Below, piece by piece: positions 1 through 9,555 of a stretch of 48,522 nucleotides of DNA. Location of the stretch: assembly GCA_030167865.1 (NCBI GenBank), contig JALAGF010005701.1:1-48522 (forward strand), given 5' to 3'. The notes under the pieces were generated by a model that saw nothing but the letters and a program-made list of their open reading frames with translations, searched no databases and was not told the origin of the DNA. The position numbers and the translations under genes are program-made. The first letter of the stretch is position 1. Every line of letters begins with the position of its first letter. Source of the stretch: Craspedostauros australis (lineage: Eukaryota).

Positions 1-1530
1 TGTGCTTGCACGCTCGCTGGAGTAGACCTCCTTGTACGTCTTGAGAACCTTCGCAGCAAGGTCAGGTTCGGACTCGCGGAGCTCAGCGAAACGCAGATCG
101 CGTGCCCATGGAAGGCAGCTGCGCGCATGATGTCCCTTGCGGTGGCACGCGGAGCAGAATGCATCCTTGTCCGGTTGATAAAACTCGGACCGCTTGCGCT
201 CGCCACGCTTGCCATCGCCACCAGACTTCCCAGACGAACGTGTTTGCACACGGTGGCCAATATTGGACGTTGAGGCAGTGGGATCTCCTCTGATGGTACG
301 GGCAAGAGCCGACACGTGTAGGTGAGGGGGCACGCGCTTGTTGCCTGGCACCAGGGACAGAGACGTGATGTGGTGTTCCACAGGCATGTGGTGAGAGCGA
401 AGACCTTCGAGGAATCGGCGGGATAGCTCCACATCAGTGATCGTGCGACGGTGAACGACGCTCTCGGTTTGTTGGAATTCCAACAACGCCGTGGCGAACT
501 TGATGACGTCTTGCGAATCGCCATACTCAGGCGCTTGGCTCACGGTGTTGGCAACACGCATGTATGCGTCCGAGAGCACTTGATGAAGGAAAAGGAAGGA
601 TGACAGATGGTGTGGCGACATGCCGAAAGTCCCAGAATAGAATAGGGAGATGGCAGGGTCGTCCAGATCGAGGATGTCCTTCTGTTGCAACTTCTTGTTC
701 AGCCACTCGCCGGCACGGATGACACGTTCACGTGGAGCGTTGCGCGGAATGATGGAGCACTGCGGACTGAACGCGGAAAGCGGACAGATGTGGATGTCCA
801 CACCAGCAGCCTCGGCTTGGAGTTGTGTGTACCACTTGAGTACTCCAGCGGGCGCGTCCCCAGCAAGCTTCAGCTCCCAGCGCTGCCAGTATCCAATGGC
901 GGCATACGAGGGCTCTGTGACCATGGGAACCTCCTTGAAGTGGAAATGAGGGAGGACTGCAGGGTTGTTGCGGGCCATGGCGTAGGTAAGGCCAGAGCCG
1001 GTGATGAAGTCGACGGTAGGCGCTGGTTCTTCACCAACATCAAGAGGGGCATCGCTGGTGCCAACACCATGACCGGCGGTTGCGACTGGCACGTCACCGC
1101 GGGGTGTAGATGTATCACCACGTTCGGAGGGACGGGCATCATCGGTGGTACCACCCGACGCAAGGGCTCCAGAGGCACCATGGGCTTCAGGGGGAGGCTT
1201 GTCGCGAACAGCGGGAGGCTTTTTGGCCTTGCCGAATGCGCGGAGCACGGGGCGTTCCAGTGTGGTGAACCACGCGTCAAAATCAGGGTTCGCTTCCGCG
1301 TATGCGCGAAGATTGCGGAGCCCAAAACAACGAGTGATGGAGCCAGACTTCCAGCCGTCCAAGACAGCCTCGAACTCCTCTTCAGAGGTATCGAGGAAGT
1401 CAGCGAATTCACCGTCAGAGGCGATTTTGGAATGCTTGGAGAAGTCAGCGAGCCATGTCCAATTGAGGCGACGGAAGAGTTCCTCTGTGTCGTGGAACGG
1501 AGTTTTGTCGGGGTTGTCACTCGTGGGCAT
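1..1530 (-). CDS. Gag(-Pol) polyprotein N-terminus with CCHC zinc knuckle; 3'-partial, not in the ORF track
   Basis: Hand translation from the ATG at 1530 (MPTSDNPDKTPFHDTEELFRRLNW...) stays open for 510 codons to position 1. It contains CSACHRKGHHARSC (C-x2-C-x4-H-x4-C) at 115-156, preceded by a basic Gly-rich linker. Confidence 0.85.
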   Translation of the reverse strand, partial: MPTSDNPDKTPFHDTEELFRRLNWTWLADFSKHSKIASDGEFADFLDTSEEEFEAVLDGWKSGSITRCFGLRNLRAYAEANPDFDAWFTTLERPVLRAFGKAKKPPAVRDKPPPEAHGASGALASGGTTDDARPSERGDTSTPRGDVPVATAGHGVGTSDAPLDVGEEPAPTVDFITGSGLTYAMARNNPAVLPHFHFKEVPMVTEPSYAAIGYWQRWELKLAGDAPAGVLKWYTQLQAEAAGVDIHICPLSAFSPQCSIIPRNAPRERVIRAGEWLNKKLQQKDILDLDDPAISLFYSGTFGMSPHHLSSFLFLHQVLSDAYMRVANTVSQAPEYGDSQDVIKFATALLEFQQTESVVHRRTITDVELSRRFLEGLRSHHMPVEHHITSLSLVPGNKRVPPHLHVSALARTIRGDPTASTSNIGHRVQTRSSGKSGGDGKRGERKRSEFYQPDKDAFCSACHRKGHHARSCLPWARDLRFAELRESEPDLAAKVLKTYKEVYSSERAST

Positions 1531-1873
1531 GATGTCGATGATGGAACGAGGCGCGGAGCAAAGAGAGAGAGATGAGATGAGCTGCGTTTGGATGGGGATT
1601 TCCAAAATACAGAGAGGGTGACGAAGCAATGGGGATTGTCTTATATANNNNNNNNNNNNNNNNNNNNNNNNNNNNNNNNNNNNNNNNNNNNNNNNNNGAC
1701 GGAAGAGTTCCTCTGTGTCGTGGAACGGAGTTTTGTCGGGGTTGTCACTCGTGGGCATGATGTCGATGATGGAACGAGGCGTGGAGCAAAGAGAGAGATG
1801 AGATGAGCTGCGTTTGGATGGGGATTTCCAAAATACAGAGAGGGTGACGAAGCAATGGGGATTGTCTTATATA
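1470..1873. repeat. ~177 bp direct duplication flanking the N gap (1470-1647 vs 1698-1873); probable assembly or haplotype overlap
   Basis: Near-identical copies on each side of the 50 Ns. They differ by a C/T SNP (gcgcgg vs gcgtgg) and one GA unit. Confidence 0.85.
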
Positions 1874-1888
1874 GTATAAGCGTATTTC

Positions 1889-1897
1889 CTCATAACC
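1889..1897 (-). promoter_or_regulatory. Putative primer-binding site GGTTATGAG (half-tRNAi-Met type)
   Basis: Lies immediately after the LTR-like terminal ...CACA and matches the start of the Ty5-type PBS (GGTTATGAG). The match is only 9 nt. Confidence 0.65.
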
Positions 1898-2037
1898 TGT
1901 GATGATCGGGAGACGATACGAGTAGTGTGTGTGTGTGTGTGATGTGAAGTTATTATGACTCGTCTCTGTTGTCTCTGCTGAGGCTGTGAACAGGGGTTCA
2001 TTTGCTGCTCCGTCTGGCCTTCGACCGTATACCAACA
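1898..2037 (-). repeat. Putative 5' LTR (~140 bp), containing a (CA)n tract
   Basis: TG...CA termini (TGTTGG...ATCACA) next to the PBS. The partner LTR is outside the window, so the outer end is unverified. Confidence 0.5.
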
Positions 2038-2179
2038 AGAAGAACTGCGCGCACACAGAAACGCATCAAGGAGGCGCACGTTGGCGCCAATGCATTCGAT
2101 CCTTCCGGCCAAACTCTGATCGTCTCCCAGTCCCCATACCCGTAGCAGCACCATACCATACGCATAATACGATTCCAAG

Positions 2180-5100
2180 ATGGCCAACCTCCCACCACCA
2201 CCGAACGGACAGGTTCTGTCGCTGGTGTCGGCATTGTCGAACGCTGCCAATCATGATCTGCACGTCCAGGCCATCCGAGCCAGAGACGAAGCGCTGAGCT
2301 CGTCGCCAGAGAGCTACGGCAACCTGTGCCTCCAGCTGGGCTTTCTCCTGGTGGGCAGCGACCAGCCGCAGCAGATCGTCGGCCGCATCGAACCGCAGGA
2401 GATGCAGATTTGGAAGAACACCGACATGCAGACGGCATCGCGGCTGGAGTCCGACATGAACATGTGGATCCCCTTCGGCCAGATGGCGGGCTTGATTCTG
2501 AAGAACGCACTCACGAGGCCGCCCATCAACCAGGACGGCCGTTCGTTGAGCTTGCAACCACCGCAGTCGGATCATGTCAAGGAGACCTTGCTGTACGGCC
2601 TCACGTGTCGGCACTTGGACATCCGCAACGTTGCGAGTTCCGTCATCGCAGCGACGTCCGTGGCGATCGACACCCTGCAGCCGTACCTCCACGTGCGACA
2701 GTGGCCGCAGCTCATACCGACCATCCTGCAGTCATTGAAATTGGACATCAACACCGAGGAGACCAAATGTCGCGTGGAGGGATCGTTGAGCGCCATCAAG
2801 AAAATCATCGAGGATGGGCCGCAGGAGCTGTCGTCGCAGCAGACGGATGAGCTGATACCCCTTCTGATTCGTTTCATGAGCATCCAAGATGAACGCATGA
2901 AGGTCATGGCCTTGCAGTCGTTGGTGGCCTGTCTCTCCATGAGGACCATGCCATCCGGTCTTCTCATGCACTTCTCCACCTACATGGCTGGCCTGTCCGC
3001 ATTGGCCACGGATCCCAGCATCCTCGTGCGCAAATGGGTGTGCCGGTCCATCAATACCTTGCTCAAGCATCGGGCGGAATACCTGCAAAGTCACATGGCA
3101 GCCGTTAGCGAATTCATGCTGCATGCCACGAGCGATGCCAACAAGGACAGCGTGGCCTTGGAGGCGTGCGAATTCTGGCTAATCTTTGCCAACCTCGACG
3201 ACATCATCCTCGATTCGGACATGCTCAACACGGTGGACAAGATGCTTCCCAGCCTCATACCCACATTGCTGGAGGGCATGGTGTACTCCGAAGACCAACG
3301 GATAGAACTCGAAGCGCAGAATGAGATCGATCTGGATGAGAACGCGGAAGAAACGATGAAGCCGGTGTTTCATCATTCGCGGAACCGGCACGGCGGAGAC
3401 CAAGGCAATGGTGGCGACGACGGTGATGACGATACTGGTGACGATGAAGACGATGATGGATTCGGAGATGAAGATGGCAACGAATGGTCCTTGCGAACGT
3501 GCTCAGGTGCATCATTGGATTCGCTGGCAAATTTGTACGGTGCCCACTCCATCCTGCCAACGCTGCTGCCGGCCCTGCAGTCGGGACTCTCGAGCGCCGA
3601 TCCGTGGATTCAGGAGGCCAGCATTCTTGCCTTGGGTGCCATTGCGCATGGGTGTCAGGAGGAGATGGTCGCGCACATGCCACAACTGCATCCATTCCTC
3701 ATGAAGTTGCTTGCCACACCCGAAGCACCGGGACAGCTGCCGCAAGTCAAGAGCATTTGCGCCTGGACATTGAGCCGGTATGCCACGTGGGTCATTGATC
3801 AGGTGCAGACCGGAGCGCAGGCCCATCTGCTCGGTCAGCTGACGGAGTTGCTGCTGCAACGCCTTGCCGACAAGAATCGAAAGGTGCAGGTCGCCTGCGC
3901 GGCATCCTTTAGCGTTCTCGTCGAAGCAGCGGGGGATCTCCTTGTCCCATACCTCATGCCCATATTCCAAACGCTCGTCGCGGCCATGACGCGGTACAGA
4001 GGACGCAGCCTGGTCATATTGTTCGATGTCTTCACCAACCTGAGTGAGTACTGCGGTCCGGCCATCGGAGAAGGCGAACTGCCACAGCGCTACATCCCTC
4101 AGATGCTCGCCATGTTCGATGGTCTGATGCGGAACGACCCTACGGATCGAACGCTGCTGCCGCTCATGGAAGCGCTTGCGTCCATCTCGCTGGTGTGCGG
4201 CATGAATTATCAACCGTACGCTTTGGAAACCTTCGACAAGGCCATGCGTGTCATCGAGCAGGTGCAGCTCGTCCTCACGACGGCCAACGACAAGGTGTCC
4301 GAGGAGGATGCCGATCCCATCGTTTGTTCGGCGGATCTGTTGGATGGATTATGCGAAGGTCTTGGAGGCAACTTCGCGACTCTCGTTTCCAGCAGCCCCA
4401 CCTACGGCCAGCATTTCCCCACCGTCCTGCACGCGCTGTGCAAGTACGATACCCCATCCGTCCGAATGAGCGGCCTTGCCCTGCTGGGTGACGTTGCCAG
4501 GAATTCGCCGTCCACCATCCAACAAGTCGTGCCGCAGCTGCTGCAAGAAGCCATCAACAGCGTCGATCCCGCCCACCCCAGCGTCTGCAACAACGCCATC
4601 TGGGCGATCGGAGAAGTGTGCGTGCAGTGCGGACAGAACTCGACGCCGATCCAACCGTACGCACCCGCCTTGATGCAACGGCTCATCTCGCTGCTGATGG
4701 GCAACGGCCCCGGCAATCACGTCGACATCCCGGGCATCGCCGAGAATGCCGCCGCTTGCTGTGGTCGGTTGGCCAACGTGAACCCGCAATTCGTCGCACC
4801 CGAGCTGCCACGATTCCTTCTGGGCTGGTGCGACGGCCTGGCCAAGATCGTCGATCCCAACGAACGACGCGATGCCTTCGTTGGCTTCTCCAAATCCATC
4901 TACGCCAACCCGCAATGCATCCACCAGGTCAGCAGCAATCCCGCCGACACCATCTCCTCGATCCTGTACGCCATCGTGTCGTGGCACGTACCCGTCGACG
5001 ACGACGGCACGAGCGATTATCTGAGCCCGTCGTGCGATTTCCAGCCGTTCCCGGCAGCCGAAAGCGAGCTCGGCAATCAACTGTACAAGCTGCTGCAAGA

Positions 5101-5197
5101 CATCAAGAACTTGGTCGGTGAACCCGTGTGGAGAAGTGTTCAGGACCAGCTTCCCGTGAACATCCGCAAGCTGTTCCGTGAGACGTACAAACTTTAG
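2180..5197 (+). CDS. TNPO1: Transportin-1 (importin beta-2/karyopherin beta-2), intronless
   Basis: 1005 aa HEAT-type protein with AGLILKN, VALEACEFW, an acidic loop (DDGDDDTGDDEDDDG), EWSLRTCSGASLDSLA, EASILALGAIAHGC, SVCNNAIWAIGE and ENAAACCGRL. Confidence 0.93.
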   Translation: MANLPPPPNGQVLSLVSALSNAANHDLHVQAIRARDEALSSSPESYGNLCLQLGFLLVGSDQPQQIVGRIEPQEMQIWKNTDMQTASRLESDMNMWIPFGQMAGLILKNALTRPPINQDGRSLSLQPPQSDHVKETLLYGLTCRHLDIRNVASSVIAATSVAIDTLQPYLHVRQWPQLIPTILQSLKLDINTEETKCRVEGSLSAIKKIIEDGPQELSSQQTDELIPLLIRFMSIQDERMKVMALQSLVACLSMRTMPSGLLMHFSTYMAGLSALATDPSILVRKWVCRSINTLLKHRAEYLQSHMAAVSEFMLHATSDANKDSVALEACEFWLIFANLDDIILDSDMLNTVDKMLPSLIPTLLEGMVYSEDQRIELEAQNEIDLDENAEETMKPVFHHSRNRHGGDQGNGGDDGDDDTGDDEDDDGFGDEDGNEWSLRTCSGASLDSLANLYGAHSILPTLLPALQSGLSSADPWIQEASILALGAIAHGCQEEMVAHMPQLHPFLMKLLATPEAPGQLPQVKSICAWTLSRYATWVIDQVQTGAQAHLLGQLTELLLQRLADKNRKVQVACAASFSVLVEAAGDLLVPYLMPIFQTLVAAMTRYRGRSLVILFDVFTNLSEYCGPAIGEGELPQRYIPQMLAMFDGLMRNDPTDRTLLPLMEALASISLVCGMNYQPYALETFDKAMRVIEQVQLVLTTANDKVSEEDADPIVCSADLLDGLCEGLGGNFATLVSSSPTYGQHFPTVLHALCKYDTPSVRMSGLALLGDVARNSPSTIQQVVPQLLQEAINSVDPAHPSVCNNAIWAIGEVCVQCGQNSTPIQPYAPALMQRLISLLMGNGPGNHVDIPGIAENAAACCGRLANVNPQFVAPELPRFLLGWCDGLAKIVDPNERRDAFVGFSKSIYANPQCIHQVSSNPADTISSILYAIVSWHVPVDDDGTSDYLSPSCDFQPFPAAESELGNQLYKLLQDIKNLVGEPVWRSVQDQLPVNIRKLFRETYKL

Positions 5198-5418
5198 AGT
5201 GGAGATGGATCCGAACTATTCTGTCATCAAATACGAGCGTGTTGAGTCCATGCTGAATACAAATAGTATGCATGCGCCCGGATTTCGTACCATGACACTG
5301 ATACTGGCAGCGAATTGGGTCCACTGTTCTATCATATTTGATGGGACTGTATCTCCGTGACTTGGTGCACACCTCGTCATTGTGCGAGTGGTGGACTGTC
5401 AGCATGATGTTGCTGACT

Positions 5419-6337
5419 CTACCGTTGCTTGCTCAATTGCTTCTGCTCCCTCTTGAAATCCGCCGGCGATTTGAAGTCATCCAGAGACCATAGACCGCGC
5501 CGCTTCTTCTGTGCCGTCCCGATTGCCTTCTCCAACGTCGCACGGTTATCATCGTACTGCGCTCCACCACCCGTGTACAACGTCGCGTATCCTCGTTTCG
5601 CCATCTCCATGGACAAATCCCGCCGCGACAAGGGCGGGAACGGCTTCAAACCCGTCTCCACCTTCGCAACGGCACGTCCGTACTGATCGCGGCTCAGCAA
5701 CTTGACCCGCACCTTCTTGTTGTACAGCAGACCGGTCGCGTAGTCCTTGGCTTCCTGCGCGAAGGGCTGCGAGGGAGGATCGTTCTTGCGCTTTTGCAGT
5801 TCGGGACAATCGACTGCGTAGGCGCGGATGGACAGGGTCGTGTCGTAGATGCGCTTCCTGGGATTCTGCGGATCGAATTTGGGGCATCCGAAGAAGCGCG
5901 ATCGGCAATGCTTGATGCGGATCGTGTCGCCATCGATCACGCGTTCGACGCGCCCGTAAATGGTGCGATGGTCATTGAAGTACTCCTGCGGGATGTCCTT
6001 GACGGTGTCGAACTGTCGGGGGACAGCGTTTGCACGTTCATAAGAATTGCCGTTGTATTGTTGTGGAGCATCATGCAAGTTTGTTGATGAGTGGATGAAT
6101 CACTGGGGCTGATGAACGCTGCATCAACTGCAACACGACACTCGCATGCAGACAAAGCACGAGCAGAGCACGAGTACACACATATATATTATGTAATACA
6201 ATACTAATACGTGCACTCGTACCCACATGTGAAATCGAAGCCAATCGTCCACTCACCAGCGGAAACATCGAGGAGGCGTCGATAGTCAGAACAGATGCGA
6301 GAAGTAGAACTGCGGCGGTCTTGGGAATGGCGACCAT
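5419..6337 (-). CDS. Staphylococcal/thermonuclease (SNase, LCL3-like) family protein with N-terminal hydrophobic signal; 2 exons
   Basis: Motifs VIDGDTIR, IRAYAVDCPE, QPFAQEAK, DQYGRAVA and AQKKRRGLW. Proposed exons 6337-6257 (MVAIPKTAAVLLLASVLTIDASSMFPL) and 6012-5419 (FDTVKDIP...). The phase-0 intron 6256-6013 reads GTGAGT...CGACAG. Confidence 0.85.
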
Positions 6338-6946
6338 GGTGTATTTGTGTGCCGTTTGAGCTTGTGCAAGCTCGTATACGGCTTAATACTCTATTTCTGG
6401 ATGCTGTGCGGTCGTGATGCCTTCTTTCCTCCTCTTGTGCAATGAAGAGCGACTTGGCGATGGCGACTCCACAAGTGGCACCCACGTCCACGCCAAGGAA
6501 GAAACGAAGAGTGCAGACCTCCCGACTCGGAGCTCTTGGCACGAAGATCTTGAGTATCGCGAAAGTTAGTGTAAAATACAATTATGTATACAAAAATATC
6601 AATCAATGTATCGAATTAAACTAGTGACATTAATTATGGATAATGTATATTTCTTCTTAACTCCACGATATCAAAACGAGAAAGGGAACATCACAAAAAG
6701 ATACTGCTGACTGCAACGAAGATCGCACAAACACACGCTCTGCTCCCAGACATTGTCAGGACCCCAACACAACTCTCTGCGAATGCGACCTACAGAGGAT
6801 CGTGGAGGAGCAAAGCGCATCATCTCGTGCGAGTCATCCTCTCGTCATCTGCCATCCAAGAACGCAACCAGCAGGCTTGCGCACAATCGCATAGCAGAGT
6901 ATGATACGTACAGGGAAGACTTTCGATCCACGATGGACTCAATGCG

Positions 6947-9073
6947 TTGAATCGGCCACGATATTGCTCATACCAAACGAGGACTCTAGAAAGCAATGAG
7001 GTCTTGGCGATGTTCCGTTCGTGCCACGGGCTTTTGCTCCATGCTTACGTAATCACTCGACCGACACATCGATTCCACTATCGATACGATCGTACGTACT
7101 CATACGCGCGCACGCTCACGGAACTTGAAAACTTGAAAGAGCGGCGAGGAGGGACACCACAATGGCTGCAAAAAAGAGCAAGCACAGTCTCAACCGCTCA
7201 ATCACACACAGCATCCAAGATCCCAGCAGCGAGCGCACACAACAGTCGACACGCCAGACCAAGAGCATCCCAATCTCTCAAACAAAACAAGATCTCCCTG
7301 GAATACAAAGTGAATAGAACACTACGCGCTATACCAAAGCCACATCCGAAAGATCAGATGGGACTCAAGATGTTTGCGCAAGCCTGCGAGGAAGGCGACT
7401 TTCGCATTGTCCGATTCCTATGTGAAGACAGACGATGTAGATTTTGGCTGGAGTTGTTGGCCCGTCTCCAAAGACGAAGGGAATCCTTGCGTCGCACCCC
7501 CACGTGTACTCCTGTCTGCCTTCGCAATTTCCAGGATACAATTCACGCAATGAACGATCGAACTCGGGTGAGTCTCGTATCTGGTTTGAAACTGAAACAC
7601 GGGGGCACCGCCCTTCACATCGCATGTCGGTATGGCCACCACAGAATCGTGGAGTATCTGGTGGAACAAACCTCAGACATCGTCGATGTCAATGTCCTTG
7701 ATCGCAAGGGCCGAACGCCCCTTCACATGGCGTGTCGAAATGGTTACAAGGAAGTTGTGATATATCTACTCGAATCGGACGCTCTCCAAGGTGCCGCGGA
7801 TATGTCGATCCTGGACAAGTTTGGGCTTTCGGTGCTCGTCTCCGCTTGCAAGTGCGCGAATCGTCCATGGATGGACGTGGTGAAATACCTGGCGGAAACA
7901 CACGGAGACAAGTTTGATTACAACCTTCGAGTGAACGAAAGACGGACTATCTTGCACACAGCCTGTTCCAGAGGCCATCTGGAGTTAGTACAATACTTGG
8001 TCGAATCAGGGAGAGTGGACGACAGTCTCAAGCTGCGATGTAATCAGGACAAGACGCCGTTGCATTTGGCATGCGAAAATGGCCATGTAGACGTTGTTGA
8101 ATATTTACTCAAGTTGGATCCAGCACAAGTGGACGTCAACGACCAAGATAAGAAGGGTTGCACTCCATTTCATCTGGCTTGCGGCAAGTCGAAGTCGAAA
8201 GGGAACACGTCCAAAGACGACAACCAATATGATGGTATTGGCCAATACCATGTGATCACATACATGATCGAGACGGAACATGGCAACATCGATCTGACCA
8301 AACAGAACCAAGATGGTGACACCGGCCTCCATCTGGCCTGTCGTTTGGGCCATCGCTTCTCCATCACCGAGTCATCCACAACCACCCATCTCTACAAGCA
8401 CCTCCGAAATGTGGTTGTGCCCAACCGGAAACTCCAGGAGGTGTCGGCGGATGATGGCGATGCTGAGATTGACCACCTCCTCCACCTAGCGGCGCCCCTT
8501 CTTGATATCCAGAACCGTCAGGGCAACACACCCTTGCATGAGGCGTGTCTGAACAACAACATTGACATAGTGTTCGCGCTGATTGGTTCCATGAATGTTA
8601 ACGCAACGGTGCAAAACAACGAAGGTGACACAGTGTTACATATTGCCTGCAAGGCCGCGAAGCTATCGGTGGTAATGACGCTAACCCTGTTCGACAACGT
8701 CCTCACGGACCTGAACATCCAAAATGAAGCCGGAAACACTGTCCTCATCGAGGCCGTACGGAAAGGCCATCTCAAGAGCGTGGAATACCTGGCCAGACGG
8801 AAGAGTATCGATCCAAACGTCAAGAACAAATACGGACAAACGGCTCTCCATGTTGCATGCCAGTGTGGCAACGTGGATACGGTGTTTACATTGCTAAAAT
8901 CAGGCCTGAACTTTGACTTCGACACCCTGAACCACCATGACATATCGCCAGCAGATTGCGGGAACGCAAACGGCGGTGCCGACAACACTGCTTCCTTGAG
9001 TGAGGAACGACTCAGACAAGTGTTATGCAATAATGGAGAATCAGAACAAGCATGCGAGAAGCGATTGCAGTAA
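6947..9073 (+). CDS. Ankyrin-repeat protein; true start may be the ATG at 7358
   Basis: More than 10 repeats of the G-x-T-[PA]-L-H-x-A-C type (GGTALHIAC, GRTPLHMAC, DKTPLHLAC, GNTPLHEAC, GQTALHVAC). Confidence 0.9.
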   Translation: MNRPRYCSYQTRTLESNEVLAMFRSCHGLLLHAYVITRPTHRFHYRYDRTYSYARTLTELENLKERRGGTPQWLQKRASTVSTAQSHTASKIPAASAHNSRHARPRASQSLKQNKISLEYKVNRTLRAIPKPHPKDQMGLKMFAQACEEGDFRIVRFLCEDRRCRFWLELLARLQRRRESLRRTPTCTPVCLRNFQDTIHAMNDRTRVSLVSGLKLKHGGTALHIACRYGHHRIVEYLVEQTSDIVDVNVLDRKGRTPLHMACRNGYKEVVIYLLESDALQGAADMSILDKFGLSVLVSACKCANRPWMDVVKYLAETHGDKFDYNLRVNERRTILHTACSRGHLELVQYLVESGRVDDSLKLRCNQDKTPLHLACENGHVDVVEYLLKLDPAQVDVNDQDKKGCTPFHLACGKSKSKGNTSKDDNQYDGIGQYHVITYMIETEHGNIDLTKQNQDGDTGLHLACRLGHRFSITESSTTTHLYKHLRNVVVPNRKLQEVSADDGDAEIDHLLHLAAPLLDIQNRQGNTPLHEACLNNNIDIVFALIGSMNVNATVQNNEGDTVLHIACKAAKLSVVMTLTLFDNVLTDLNIQNEAGNTVLIEAVRKGHLKSVEYLARRKSIDPNVKNKYGQTALHVACQCGNVDTVFTLLKSGLNFDFDTLNHHDISPADCGNANGGADNTASLSEERLRQVLCNNGESEQACEKRLQ

Positions 9074-9555
9074 TCGGAACGAAAGCCGCACAAGAATACG
9101 AAGATAGTTGGGTGAGGATGTGCTTCTCATCCATTGATTCGATCCATCCTGGGGTACGAGTAATTCAGAGAAGCAAGTTGGCTGCGTCCCAGCATGCTTC
9201 GACATGGGCAACGTGCCGCACGTGCACATGTACATGACATGAACTTATGCGTGCATGGTAACTCATCCATGGTCGTACGAGCTTGGCAGATTACCGCGGA
9301 TTCATTTCTGGACATGGCCCATGCGCACACGAGTACTCGCCGAGAATGCTTCCGCCAAGCAGCAAGCAACCCGGATGTAACGGAGCATCCACGACTCATC
9401 ATTCTCGTTTCGCCAAACCTCTCTGATGTGTTGGTCACATCACAAATCGCATCAACGCGCACAACTTGTTCCGAATCCATTTGCGGCATAAATCCACCGC
9501 TGGTAGTTGTTCCAGCATTCCTCTTCCGACGCGTGCTGTACCAGACGTATGTGCG

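Larger units (their letters stand above)
1..2037 (-). mobile_element. Copia-like LTR retrotransposon, 5' part (LTR, PBS, gag); continues beyond the window start
   Basis: On the minus strand, TGTTGG (2037) ... CATCACA (1898) is followed at once by GGTTATGAG (PBS-like), then an open Gag-like frame with a CCHC knuckle. The outer LTR boundary at 2037 is a best guess. Confidence 0.8.

Noticed and set aside
685..1621. Listed ORFs 685-1575 (+), 870-1520 (-) and 1145-1621 (+)
   Set aside because: Shadow frames of the Gag ORF (1530 to 1, minus strand).
1470..1873. Direct repeat considered as a possible LTR pair
   Set aside because: It includes the Gag start codon and flanks an N gap exactly, so an assembly or haplotype overlap is more likely.
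6565..6665. Short AT-rich patch considered as a centromere-like or foreign element
   Set aside because: About 100 bp between divergent genes with no repeats or termini; consistent with ordinary promoter sequence.
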